DNA of 64,000 bases, from assembly GCF_001194135.2 (NCBI RefSeq), contig NC_068988.1, positions 20,644,609 to 20,708,608 of the forward strand, written 5' to 3'. Positions 50,063-63,879 of the stretch are shown in pieces. Source of the DNA: Octopus bimaculoides (taxonomy: Eukaryota). Made by a program: the position numbers and the translations under genes. Position 1 is the stretch's first letter; each line of letters starts with the position of its first letter. The notes below the pieces were generated by a model, which ran no database searches, had not been told where the DNA came from, and was given only the letters and a program-made list of their open reading frames with translations.

Positions 50063-51975
50063 CCTTGTTACTGTGGTGCAACGATGAAGGAAGTGGGGCT
50101 GGATGGAAATCTGTCAGAGGAACAGAGAGTTGAACCAATGATAAAAGGTATTAGTGTAAATAGTGTTATAAGTATTGATGTAAAGAAAAATATTATCAAT
50201 AGATGAGAGGGGAAGAGAGATTAGAAGCTGCTAGTGGGATGAAGACATTAAATTGTAATAGAGACTGAAAGGAAGAGGAGGAGGCACTGCTCTTTGAAAA
50301 GAAAAAAAAGAAAACAACAAAACACTTTCAACACACTGCTCTCCATGTATCCATGATAAAAAACATAAATAATATAGGTCATATAGTCAAGTAAAGCAAC
50401 ACTAGTTTCTTGAGATACCAGCATCCAACAGTCTGATGCTATTAGATAAAAATCAAAATTCTATCAATAATAGCTTAATTCAAAGAAGAATGAAAGCAAC
50501 AACAACTAGGTTAAAGAAAAAACTACAGTAATAAAACATTAATAATAATTAAAAAAAAACTATATGGAAAAAACTAAATCCAAAGAAGAGAGAGCAAAAC
50601 AAAAAGAAGATGTACAACCCCATCAAGATAGCTTCCTCATATTCAAAATTATGAAAGTTTAAAGTGCAGAGCAGTGCATGAAGGCACAGATATCCAGTTA
50701 ACTGAAAGCAATGCAGTGGTGGAGATAAACCAAAGGCTGCTTGCAATAAGTAAACTACCAAACAGTTGAAAGTATGTAAGGTACGAAGACACAACTTGTC
50801 AGACTTGAAACAGATAGCATGGCAACCTTCCACAGAATAGGTTCCGTTATGCTTTGTGAAGTGGTAGGTGTTAGATAAGGGCAAACCAGCTGTAGAACCC
50901 TGGAGCATGAAACCATAGCCCCAACTCATCTGACCCCCTTAAACCGTGTGACCCATGTCAGCATTGAAGATGGGTGTTGAGTGATGATGATGATGATGAT
51001 GACGATAATGACATATTCATATTATGTTGAATAATTAGAAAGAAACCATGTGATTTTTTTTTTTTTTAATCTATAAAATTGTGTATGTGGGTGTATATGT
51101 GTATGTGCGCACATGTGTAGAGAAACACTCATTCATGCATACGTGGATGCTACACGGCCAAATGTATAAGTTGACTCTACAATCACAAAGTAGTTCGTGG
51201 CTTTCATTTCACTGCATGGCATCTATGGGAAGTATCTTTTACCATAACCTCAATTCATCTTAAGCCTTCTGAGTGGAATTGGGTTGATAGAAACTGCACT
51301 GACCCCTGTCAGATGAATTGTACCTGATGATAATTCAAGGTTAATGATTTCCAATGTATCACATTGATTTTACTTGAGAAGTATATTAAGGGTGGCATGT
51401 TGTGTCCTTGAGCAAGACACTTTACTTCATGTTGCTCCAGTACACTGAGCTGGCAGAAATGAGTAGTACCTGTATTTCAAAGGGTCAGCCTTGTTACATT
51501 CTGTGTCATGCTAACTCTTCAAGAACTACATTAATGGTATGCATGTCAGTGGAGTGCTCAGCCACTTGCACGATAATCTCACAAGCTGGCTGTTCAGTAG
51601 ATTGGACCAACCAGAACACTCATCATCTAATAGCTGAGTCACTATCAGAACTAGAGGAGAAGTTTCAGGTGGGGAAACAAGGTCTAGAATCGAAGGGTTA
51701 TAGAAGACACTTGCCCAAAGTGCTACGCAGTGGGACTGAACCTGGAACCATGTGGTTGGGCAGCAAGCTTCTTACCACATAGCCATGCCTGTGTATATAT
51801 ATATATATCTACAAATCTGTATCATCTCTATGCATTATGCTTGAGAGAGAGAGAGAGAGAGAGAGAGTGTNNNNNNNNNNTTACCACATAGCCATGCCTG
51901 TGTATATATATATATATCTACAAATCTGTATCATCTCTATGCATTATGCTTGAGAGAGAGAGAGAGAGAGAGAGA

Positions 51976-52006
<31 letters not shown>

Positions 52007-52969
52007 ACTAGATGCATCATTTCTTTAATCCACAGCTACAATCGTTCAATTAAAAAAAAAGAAAACCTGAGGTGATGCAGGAAGATGTTTAGGAAGATGG
52101 GTAAAAGAGACTCAGGAGACATTGAGGAAATAGGAGATGGACCAGAGATTTAAAAGCTGGGTTAGGTGGAATAAGGGTTACAGGAAGTAAGGGACAAATG
52201 TATCCCAAAGAAATTTTAGGAAATACTAACTCAGATGTGTCAGTTATGAAAGCAAGCCTCGTGAGAAGCAATGATAAAACAAATCACAATTCTTAAACAG
52301 GCACAAATGGTGTCAGTGGTTATTGTTGTTGTTGTTGTTGTTGTTTGACCCTCTCACCCCCACTCCCCCAGAACTGGTCTGATTCAGACNNNNNNNNNNN
52401 NNNNNNNNNNNNNNNNNNNNNNNNNNNNNNNNNNNNNNNNNNNNNNNNNNNNNNNNNNNNNNNNNNNNNNNNNNNNNNNNNNNNNNNNNNNNNNNNNNNN
52501 NNNNNNNNNNNNNNNNNNNNNNNNNNNNNNNNNNNNNNNNNNNNNNNNNNNNNNNNNNNNNNNNNNNNNNNNNNNNNNNNNNNNNNNNNNNNNNNNNNNN
52601 NNNNNNNTGGTGGTGGTGGTGGTGGTGGTGGTGGTAGTGGGAGTGGTGGTGCTGGTGGTGGCAGTGTGTGTCGATCTGGAGAACAATGATGGCATTTACG
52701 AAAATAATGATGCAACTAGATCCAAGACAGGATAGAAAACAATCAATCATGTAAGGCATCCCTGGTATATTACTGCTAATTAATCTACAAACCCCAAAAG
52801 AAAGAAAAAAAAAATGGCTGCTGCTCAGATTTTTAAAAACATGAAGCAGAAAATTAGTGACTGTAACTTAGTACAGTTTTCTACTTCTTGTCTCATCACA
52901 CAGATATAGGAGTGCTACACTAAGAAATACTATTCACAACTAGATATTGTGTGTCTACCACATACATAC

Positions 52970-53350
52970 AGGCCCACGCATGGTTGTCTGGTTAACGAGT
53001 TCACTTCTCAACAATGTGGTTTCAGGTTCAGTCCCACTGTGTGACATCTTGGGAAAGTATCTACCACAGCCCTAGACCGACCAAAGAAGCCTTGTGGGTG
53101 GATTTGGTAGATAGAAGGTGAAAGAAACTCATGATATGTGTGTTGTCACAGTCATTCCAAGCAGTGTCTTGGTTTCCGATCTGTGAAAACATGTCGAGCC
53201 ATGGGAAAATATTACCTGGCTTGGAAACAGATGAGGGTTGGTGACAGGAAGAGTATTCAACTATAGAAAATCTACCTCGATGAATTCTGTCTGATCCATA
53301 TAAGTATGGCAAAGTGGATGTTAAATCAATGATGATGATGATGATGATGA
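52970..53350 (+). mobile_element. Hybrid SINE: family B head with a D-like body and tail; a similar inverted copy lies at about 24232-24620
   Basis: B-type head and middle (ggttcagtcccactg...gtggatttggtag), then gagggttggtgacaggaag...gatgttaaatcaa(tga)n. Confidence 0.65.
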
Positions 53351-53542
53351 CGACAACTGCACACACAAGAGGTAATGTAGAAATGAGGTGAACATCACAG
53401 CATCAAGAATAAAGTAAGAAAACTCTTCTTACACATCTGAGATTTTTTCAACAAGCTTGCCAAGTGACAGAAAAACCAGCAACCATATTCCAATTGCAAG
53501 AATTCCAAAGATAAAATTTACCAGGAGAGGTGAGAGTGATTG

Positions 53543-53578
<36 letters not shown>

Positions 53579-54598
53579 CCTACTTAGCAACATTTTATCT
53601 GGAAAATATTCTATTTCCTCAAACATAAAATAACAAGATTGAATAAAAGCACTTTCCAAAACACAATCTACACAAATAATAATTATAAATAAGACAAAAC
53701 AGTATTTACTACATTAGAATTAATTTATGCTTTTATTAAAAACACAAAAAAAAAACTGAGCACAATATATTTTTGTTTTATCATCTTGGAACATATGCAA
53801 GGTTTTAATAGACAGTTGGCAATTAATTAATTATGATAATAACACATTTTAGCAGTACAAATTGTTTGCTGAATCAGTAAAACTTTCCCAGAAGTCAGTA
53901 AGGAGAGAACTAAAGCTATTTGCTTCCAGAGGAAGTTATTCTGGATGTCTGTTCTCAGTTCCCTGATGTACCCTGAAGGGTGGGGTTGAAATAACTCAAG
54001 AGGGATTTCACAGTAAACTGACACGGAAGTCAATGTTGTTGTTGTACTTGTTTGGCTCCAGGTCAACTCTGTTCCAGCTGTCATCGTCCAGTCTTTATAT
54101 TTCACATACAGTGGACCTAGGATTACATTATCAAGGGTATCCTTCTTTTTTCCCAAGACATCATCATCATCATCATTTAATGACTGTTTTCAATACTGGT
54201 ATGGGTTGGATGATTTAACAGGATCTGATAAGCTGCAGGGCTGCACTGAGCTCCAATGTCAGCTTTGGCATGGCTTCTACAGGTGAATACCCTTCCTAAT
54301 GCCAACCACTTTACAGTATGCATGGGTGCTTTTCTTCATGCCACTGGCACTAGAGAAGTCACCAAGTAACTGGCAAGACAAGAAAAGAACAAGAAAAGAC
54401 AGGAAGGTGTAAATACATAGAAATTTGGTTGCTATTCCTAGCAAGTTGAGTGACTGTGTAGTAGCATCCCTATTGATTAAACACAGAGAAGAGTAAAAAT
54501 TCACAGCTGAAGGCTAGGGTTTTGCAGATCAAATCATACCAAAGTAACTGGCTGACAAATCAGGTGCCAATATCAGTGAAATGGTTGATTTTAGAGAA

Positions 54599-56094
54599 TA
54601 CTAGCAGAAATACCCGGCTTTGCCCGGGTTAAAGAGAATAATGAAATCTAAAAACGCCGTCTAGACTATGCAACCCTCAACTGTTAGTAGCTACGATACC
54701 ATATTTCTACATTAATAACTCTCCAATCCATGCTAGCATGGAACATAGACATTAAGTGGAATGCCAGTCTCTCATCTAGGAGGGCCTTGAAATTAATGTT
54801 ACCAACTGGGGACTATGTGTGTCGCAGTGATAATAAAAAGACCCAAAGGAGGTCTGCAACGAAATAATTTTACTCAACACTTTGCAAGTGAATCAGTGGA
54901 GGCAAAGATGCGTCTCATTTACTTGACAATTTATGCACCACATTGCAGAAATCACAATGTAAGTATATCTGAAAGNNNNNNNNNNNNNNNNNNNNNNNNN
55001 NNNNNNNNNNNNNNNNNNNNNNNNNNNNNNNNNNNNNNNNNNNNNNNNNNNNNNNNNNNNNNNNNNNNNNNNNNNNNNNNNNNNNNNNNNNNNNNNNNNN
55101 NNNNNNNNNNNNNNNNNNNNNNNNNNNNNNNNNNNNNNNNNNNNNNNNNNNNNNNNNNNNNNNNNNNNNNNNNNNNNNNNNNNNNNNNNNNNNNNNNNNN
55201 NNNNNNNNNNNNNNNNNNNNNNNNNNNNNNNNNNNNNNNNNNNNNNNNNNNNNNNNNNNNNNNNNNNNNNNNNNNNNNNNNNNNNNNNNNNNNNNNNNNN
55301 NNNNNNNNNNNNNNNNNNNNNNNNNNNNNNNNNNNNNNNNNNNNNNNNNNNNNNNNNNNNNNNNNNNNNNNNNNNNNNNNNNNNNNNNNNNNNNNNNNNN
55401 NNNNNNNNNNNNNNNNNNNNNNNNNNNNNNNNNNNNNNNNNNNNNNNNNNNNNNNNNNNNNNNNNNNNNNNNNNNNNNNNNNNNNNNNNNNNNNNNNNNN
55501 NNNNNNNNNNNNNNNNNNNNNNNNNNNNNNNNNNNNNNNNNNNNNNNNNNNNNNNNNNNNNNNNNNNNNNNNNNNNNNNNNNNNNNNNNNNNNNNNNNNN
55601 NNNNNNNNNNNNNNNNNNNNNNNNNNNNNNNNNNNNNNNNNNNNNNNNNNNNNNNNNNNNNNNNNNNNNNNNNNNNNNNNNNNNNNNNNNNNNNNNNNNN
55701 NNNNNNNNNNNNNNNNNNNNNNNNNNNNNNNNNNNNNNNNNNNNNNNNNNNNNNNNNNNNNNNNNNNNNNNNNNNNNNNNNNNNNNNNNNNNNNNNNNNN
55801 NNNNNNNNNNNNNNNNNNNNNNNNNNNNNNNNNNNNNNNNNTTACAGTATCGAAATGTGATTGTTTCAGTTAGTAGAATAGTTTCATTTTTAAAGTGAAA
55901 GTATTTGACGAGTGTTTTTGTTTCACTTTTGACACGTAATACTTAAATAGTGGAGGAGATATTATGTTGCCGTGGGCTCGAACTCTGCAAGAAGTTAAAA
56001 TTTTTTTGAATAAAACACAACTGGAACCCTAAGTAAGGCATGTGTAAAATTTGAATGAAATTGGTTGCGCAGTTCTCGAGTTTTAGGGATTCAC

Positions 56095-56129
<35 letters not shown>

Positions 56130-56176
56130 TACAGACAGACAGACACACACACATTCTCATTTTTATATATATAGAT
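54599..56176 (+). mobile_element. Non-autonomous Helentron/DINE-1-like element spanning a gap
   Basis: Left end tACTAGcagaaatACCCGGctttgCCCGGGT (subterminal hairpin). Right end aaatttgaatgaaattggttgcgcagttctcgagttttag...(GACA)n...ttttatatatatagat. The two ends are assumed to be linked across the 866-N gap. Confidence 0.6.
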
Positions 56177-56689
56177 TGTTCGGTATGGTTACAGATTCTG
56201 ACATCTACTGAAGAACACTATTCTTTAGCATATGAGTTCACCTGACTGTTGGCAACAGGGACCAGATTACTTGGAAATATTACCTGCAACAGACCAGCAT
56301 CAAAACAAAATGTATCACTCATGAAACATAATTCAGAAGCCAATCACCAACCAACAAGTGGTCAATCAATTAAAAGTTTCTCATTTTATAAATACAAATA
56401 TCTTGTTGCTATTTTAATTGCAAGAGATCTTTCCAAAAATTTTTTCCTAGGTTTTGATGGTCTTATTGTTTAATCCCAACTCAGCTCTGATCAAGCAGAC
56501 TAATGATTGAGAGTATTCCAGTTGTGACTATTCTGACATGTAGTTCAAGGATGATTTAGCTGCCCTTTCTAGTAGGTCACATATCTATAGAGACTCCATG
56601 GTAGCTCATTGGTATATTAATGGCTGGTGTTTAAGTTCTGGTTGAATCATAGTGTTAAATGAATAATCACAATTCCAAACCACTCATCA

Positions 56690-57043
56690 AAAGTTTTCCA
56701 AAGTTTTCCATGAGGTGGGGGGAGGGGTTCTCCGAAAGGGGTCTCAAGGAGTAGTGCCCCCTGCTTTCTTGAGCTAGTTTTCCACCACATTTCTTAAAAA
56801 TCATGGAGGAAGCCTTGGTCTCAGGACCACCCATGTCTAGAAACTGAGGTTGGGGGTAAGCAAGGGTATGCTCCCTGTAGAAAATCCAGCTCCAAAAAAG
56901 CCTCATGATAGCAAAAGAGAAGGGGCACCAGCCAGCCAGCCCAAAGGTTGGGGTGGGCTGCACCTGCCTACCTCGGTTGCTATGGCACTGAGGTAGATCT
57001 GGCCATCCCCGTTAACAGGGACAAAACCCGTATTTAAAACACT

Positions 57044-57089
<46 letters not shown>

Positions 57090-57092
57090 GAT
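56690..57092 (+). mobile_element. Unclassified GC-rich retroposon fragment with a (GAT)n tail
   Basis: GC-rich block ending acaaaacccgtatttaaaacact(tga)n. Single copy in the window. Confidence 0.4.
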
Positions 57093-57271
57093 GCATCTAA
57101 CATACAAATTTCCGAAAGATTTGCTAATCAGGAACTTGACCAGCAATCATTTAAACCATTTTTTCTTCTTTTTGTTTAACAAAAGGAAACATATTTAAAA
57201 CAAATGCACTTTAGAGGGTTTGAGAGCTCAGTCACTGTTGCTGCAATTGGGTTTTAGTCTTCATGCATAAG

Positions 57272-57328
<57 letters not shown>

Positions 57329-57812
57329 TGTTGTTGTTGTTTAATACCCAGCAGACTGAGTCAGAAGCTTTTCACTCAACAACCACAGATTCCATGTTTT
57401 CTCCTCTTTTCCACATACAATGTAACCAACACATCCTCTCTTTCGAAGATAGCAAAGTGTGATTTGAGAGATATAACTGATATTCTTAAAAGGTTAAGCC
57501 TCCGTGTTGCCATGGACAACACTGGTGTTAGTGAATTCAATATGCTTAGTTCTACCTTGTTCTATTTATATTATCTCATCGGAAACAAAGCAGATTCTTA
57601 TCAATAACCTAAAACACAGCAATACTTTGTTTGCCATAATCTTTTACAAATATTACTCCTACCATAATACTACCATCATAGTTATGCTTATTATTTGGCT
57701 TGTTACCTTTACAGCTCTATAGCTTTCAATCACCTTCACCTCCAATAACTACTGTATATGTAGGCTTATTATGCTAAGGACTGAGACCACTAGCAAATGA
57801 TTTGTAGTCATG

Positions 57813-58032
57813 TACGAGGGAATACTGGAAAGTTCCTGGCTTTAAGGGTATCACGAAGGGCCTGGTTGGAGGCCCAACCTTCTGAGTTCTTTTACAGGGA
57901 TTAGGAAAACTGAAGGACCGTTGCAATAACTGTGTAAATCTGAGAGGGGAATAGGTTGAATAAAATTATAATTAACTGATCCTCCCATATTTTCTTTTAT
58001 CCAATGTCAGGAACCCTTCAGTACCCCCTCTA
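57813..58032 (+). mobile_element. Non-autonomous mariner (MITE) retaining the transposase C-terminus
   Basis: TA-flanked imperfect TIRs (TAcgagggaatactggaaagttcctggc ... gtcaggaacccttcagtaccccctcTA). Internal GLGKLKDRCNNCVNLRGE resembles the mariner C-terminal GIxKLxxRWxKCxxxxGxY. Confidence 0.75.
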
Positions 58033-59921
58033 CTGCAAGACACCCGTTTCTGTCCCTCTATCATACTCTAACATACTCAAAGCTACCTCCCTCAATACTA
58101 CACCTCAACCCTCAGTAGAGGGGCCTTGTTCTGCAAATTATTTGGTGACTCCTACTGATGCTGGTGCCACATAAAATGTACCTAGAACACTCTGTAAAGT
58201 GGTTGGCATTAGGAAGGGCTTCCAGATATAGAAACAATAACAAAGTTGACAGTAAACCACGGTGCAGTCCTCTGGCTTGCCAACTCCTATCAAACTATCC
58301 ATCTCTTGCCAGCATGGAAGGCGGGCATTAACTGATGATGATGACGATGACGACAACACTCCACATGGCTGGATACACTCAGGACATACCACTGCTTACT
58401 GTTAGGTGCAATGTTTAATGAGGTTATGTGCAATAATTTAATCAAGACAGATTTTTATCCAGTTTATCCCAGTTTATTACCCCAGCCAGTCTAGATGCTG
58501 AATGTATAAGAAGAGTTAAGTCAAACTTACTTGTCACAAAAAGATAGCTATAACTATTCAGAATTTGATAAAAACTCGAGAATCTAGCACTGAGTTTAAT
58601 TGACCAGAGAAAAAAACAGTAACATTACAGTTATTTTAGACATGTGAGGTATATTTACATTTGTCTAGGTTGTTATAAGTTTACTAGCTGGCCCTGTGCT
58701 GTCAAAAAGGACAGCTAATTGTAGTATTTTATATATAAATAAGGTACATAATAATCACAGAGACAAACATTCACATACTTCCCTTGTATACACACACATA
58801 TGCACATATACTCACACAGAGTTGAAACGCTGTTTGATTTTTCTTTTCAGCGTTGAATGTCCACCATCCCACTTGCATTGCACATNNNNNNNNNNNNNNN
58901 NNNNNNNNNNNNNNNNNNNNNNNNNNNNNNNNNNNNNNNNNNNNNNNNNNNNNNNNNNNNNNNNNNNNNNNNNNNNNNNNNNNNNNNNNNNNNNNNNNNN
59001 NNNNNNNNNNNNNNNNNNNNNNNNNNNNNNNNNNNNNNNNNNNNNNNNNNNNNNNNNNNNNNNNNNNNNNNNNNNNNNNNNNNNNNNNNNNNNNNNNNNN
59101 NNNNNNNNNNNNNNNNNNNNNNNNNNNNNNNNNNNNNNNNNNNNNNNNNNNNNNNNNNNNNNNNNNNNNNNNNNNNNNNNNNNNNNNNNNNNNNNNNNNN
59201 NNNNNNNNNNNNNNNNNNNNNNNNNNNNNNNNNNNNNNNNNNNNNNNNNNNNNNNNNNNNNNNNNNNNNNNNNNNNNNNNNNNNNNNNNNNNNNNNNNNN
59301 NNNNNNNNNNNNNNNNNNNNNNNNNNNNNNNNNNNNNNNNNNNNNNNNNNNNNNNNNNNNNNNNNNNNNNNNNNNNNNNNNNNNNNNNNNNNNNNNNNNN
59401 NNNNNNNNNNNNNNNNNNNNNNNNNNNNNNNNNNNNNNNNNNNNNNNNNNNNNNNNNNNNNNNNNNNNNNNNNNNNNNNNNNNNNNNNNNNNNNNNNNNN
59501 NNNNNNNNNNNNNTGTGTGCGTGTGTGTAAGAAGAAGCTCATTTATATATTTGTTTATTTTTAGTTCCTTCAAAACAGTTAAGCTTGGACCCTTATAATC
59601 TAATCTGATCCATAGAAGAAACAACCAAAAATGCAATTTAAAAAAATAGATTTTATTCTAACCCCTACTGAGCTGTAACACTAAATATTTATACACACTC
59701 ACACACACATTAGAATTGGGTTGTTTGCATAAAAGCATTGATGATAGAGTATCTTTGTTTAGCAAAAGATGCCAGCTTGACATCATCCTCCATATTCCCT
59801 CCCCAAATATCAACATACAAGGTAAAGTGTAAACTATTTTGCCTTTCTTACTTCTCTGTTTTCACTTTCTTATTTCCAGTTTATACTGCATTGGCTTATA
59901 AACAATTTTTAGTACATACAT

Positions 59922-60272
59922 ATGCCGTTGCCAGTACCGCCTGACTGGCCTTCGTAGGATTTTCGAGTGAGATCGTTGCCAGTGCCCCTGGACTGGCTCT
60001 TGTGCGGGTGGCACATAAAACACACCATTTTGAGTATGGCCGTTGCCAGTACTGCCTGACTGGCCTTCGTGCCGGTGGCATGTAAAAGCACCCACTACAC
60101 TCTCTGAGTGGTTGGCGTTAGGAAGGGCATCCAGCTGTAGAAACTCTGCCAAATCAGATTGGAGCCTGGTGCAGTCATCCGGTTTCACCAGTCCTCAGTC
60201 AAATCGTCCAACCCATGCTAGCATGGAAAGCGGACGTTAAACGATGATGATGATGATGATGATGATGATGAT
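59922..60272 (+). mobile_element. Retroposon family D with an internal tandem duplication
   Basis: gccgttgccagtac.gcctgactggccttcgt occurs twice; long (GAT)n tail. Confidence 0.82.
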
Positions 60273-63200
60273 ATATATANNNNNNNNNNNNNNNNNNNNN
60301 NNNNNNNNNNNNNNNNNNNNNNNNNNNNNNNNNNNNNNNNNNNNNNNNNNNNNNNNNNNNNNNNNNNNNNNNNNNNNNNNNNNNNNNNNNNNNNNNNNNN
60401 NNNNNNNNNNNNNNNNNNNNNNNNNNNNNNNNNNNNNNNNNNNNNNNNNNNNNNNNNNNNNNNNNNNNNNNNNNNNNNNNNNNNNNNNNNNNNNNNNNNN
60501 NNNNNNNNNNNNNNNNNNNNNNNNNNNNNNNNNNNNNNNNNNNNNNNNNNNNNNNNNNNNNNNNNNNNNNNNNNNNNNNNNNNNNNNNNNNNNNNNNNNN
60601 NNNNNNNNNNNNNNNNNNNNNNNNNNNNNNNNNNNNNNNNNNNNNNNNNNNNNNNNNNNNNNNNNNNNNNNNNNNNNNNNNNNNNNNNNNNNNNNNNNNN
60701 NNNNNNNNNNNNNNNNNNNNNNNNNNNNNNNNNNNNNNNNNNNNNNNNNNNNNNNNNNNNNNNNNNNNNNNNNNNNNNNNNNNNNNNNNNNNNNNNNNNN
60801 NNNNNNNNNNNNNNNNNNNNNNNNNNNNNNNNNNNNNNNNNNNNNNNNNNNNNNNNNNNNNNNNNNNNNNNNNNNNNNNNNNNNNNNNNNNNNNNNNNNN
60901 NNNNNNNNNNNNNNNNNNNNNNNNNNNNNNNNNNNNNNNNNNNNNNNNNNNNNNNNNNNNNNNNNNNNNNNNNNNNNNNNNNNNNNNNNNNNNNNNNNNN
61001 NNNNNNNNNNNNNNNNNNNNNNNNNNNNNNNNNNNNNNNNNNNNNNNNNNNNNNNNNNNNNNNNNNNNNNNNNNNNNNNNNNNNNNNNNNNNNNNNNNNN
61101 NNNNNNNNNNNNNNNNNNNNNNNNNNNNNNNNNNNNNNNNNNNNNNNNNNNNNNNNNNNNNNNNNNNNNNNNNNNNNNNNNNNNNNNNNNNNNNNNNNNN
61201 NNNNNNNNNNNNNNNNNNNNNNNNNNNNNNNNNNNNNNNNNNNNNNNNNNNNNNNATATATATATATATATATATATAATTTCCCACTCATGCTAGCATG
61301 GAAGGCAGACTTTAAACAATGATGATGATGATGATATAATACACACACACATCTAAATGGTTTCTTTCCTTTCATTTTCCCAGAAAACTTGAGAGAACTA
61401 TGACATGTGGTGGTGGTGGTGGTGGGACCGGGACAGGGGGTTTGAAATGGGTCTAAATGTACACACAGTAATAAAGGGAGAAGAAAAGGATGTTTGAATG
61501 GTATATATATATACTGTAGAAATCGCTAAGTGAAAACTATCGCTTTATCTACTGCCAAGATGGTGAACTGTTACCACTTTTTGTAAACACAAATGTATAC
61601 GTTTATACAAATATATACACACGCATACACACACAGGATATTTCTTAAAGGTGTGTAAACGAGTAAAATTAAACAGGTAAAAAGGCAGTGGTTCTTTCTT
61701 GTCTTCTTTTAAAGATTGCCATGAACATTGTTTACACACTGTGAGTACATAATACAGAACAACAATATAACTTTAAAGGTTGGCACGATATAAACAATGG
61801 CAAACAGATAATCAACAGGTAAGTGGTGTGAATATAAAGGTGTGTATGCACACATATACACAAATGCACATAGATAAATACTTACACAAAAATATCTACA
61901 CATTCACATACATAAATATAGTCACACACATTTTCATTTGTAAATACACAAGCATGTGCATGTACACACAAATGCACGCGTGCACCCATGCACAAACACA
62001 TATATTTGCACATAGAAAAATATATATATATATGTGCGCGAGCGCGTACACACACATTCAGAAATACTTATATATTCCCGCACTAAGTAGAACGGTGCCA
62101 GTTTTCCTCCGACTGAAATTAAGAATGTAAGAATTCACTTGTATGTTACATCTAGTTACACCCATGCAAACACACTAACATACATGTGGGCATATACACA
62201 CATGTGCAGCCATCAGCATGCACACATGAACGTACACATACATCGATCTGCAAGACAAACATGTATTAAGTTTAAGTTGAAATCACCAGTCATTTAAGAA
62301 TCATCCAATACACCACGTTATACAGATATCACCACCACCACCTACTACTACTACTACTACTACTACTACAACGTTATTGTTGTTGTTATTGCTAAGCCCG
62401 AGGTCAATGCAAATCAAAGAGATCTATAGTCAAAAGCATTCCAGTCACGACCATTCCATCATTTTTGTAACATTCTCCTTTTCCAATAGTAGGGTGCAAT
62501 ATGAAAAGGATTTGGCTGATATTTCTAAAAGATCAAGCCCTGACGTACATGCTTTCTTGTTGGTTATTTGACGCTGCTAAATCAAAAAGAATTATATATA
62601 ACGTTTACTGAAACAGTCTTAAGAAATCTAGATTATGAGAATACCAAAGTGACCATTAGCATGAGATTATTGGCGACTGTGCATTTTATGATTCCATATT
62701 GCTACTATACAGGTACAGGTGTGGTGGTGTGCTAAGAAGCTGGAATATTTGCTTCTACCATTGAGACCGGCACCCATGGTCAGTGTCACCTAAGCTCATA
62801 TGCACAGCTTCCATGCTCACTGTGGTGCACTTCTACTCAACCAGGCATTGGAAAGTCATCTTCCCATGATTTGGGGTTCGGTCCCATTGCATTACACGGT
62901 GGGCAAGTGTCTTCTATTATAGTCCCAGGATGGCCAAAGCCTCACAAGTGGATTCAGTAAACAGAAACTGAAAGAAGGTGGGTGGGTGCGTGTGTATCTC
63001 CCTCCTCTAAATAATTTAAAATTGAAATTTATTGTATTTTAAAATTGGCATGACAATAAGTGTTTATTGACAACTTCCATTTTCTTAGCAAACTTTCAGT
63101 AAATTACTTATACTAAAAGAGGTTAAAACAAAGCATTTCCTATCATCATTATCCACTTGACCCTTTCGTGATTTGGAACAAATCTATTTATAACTTGTGT

Positions 63201-63658
63201 CACTGGAAAGGGATGGCTTGGTAAATCCATGTTACATGTCCTCTTAGGGTCCAGCTTTGATCAATCAATCCCCATAAATCAAGTCTTCTGCACCTTCTAG
63301 CCCTTTCTAAAGACCAGCTTTGATCTGTGACTTCATCATTCAACACTGCACCCGCTAGTCACTTTGGAGGGGTCGAGTACGACCAGTTTGTTTTCATAAA
63401 TCAATTCAGTTAATGGTAAAGAATGAAACAATATATGGTTGTTGAGACTATACAGGATAAAGTAACTTTGTAATTCTATTTCTATGTAAATAATATATGT
63501 AAAAAAGCACAGAGTCTACTTAGAACCTATTCAAATAGCACAAAATGCTCCCTCTCGTTTTATTCCATTTCAAGCAGTTTCAACCACTGGCATCAAATAC
63601 TTATTCCTTAGGATATCAGCAGAATGGGTCAAACTGGAAATATTTTTATAAATAACTA

Positions 63659-63833
63659 CGAGTGGCTGTGTGGTAAGTAGCTTGCTTACCAACCACATGG
63701 TTCCGGGTTCAGTCCCACTGCGTGGCACCTTGAGCAAGTGTCTTCTACTATTGCCTCGGGCCGACCAAGCCCATGTGAGTGGATTTGGTAGACGGAAGCT
63801 GAAAGAAGCCCGTCGTATATATANNNNNNNNNN

Positions 63834-63879
<46 letters not shown>

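Noticed and set aside
53827-54156. 109-aa minus-strand ORF as a possible upstream Abl exon
   Set aside because: No SH3, SH2 or cap similarity in any frame I read; it starts within a retroposon tail.
22074-61375. Long ORFs dominated by X, and ORFs of poly-YI, poly-LS, poly-N, poly-H and similar
   Set aside because: Artefacts of N-gaps and microsatellites.
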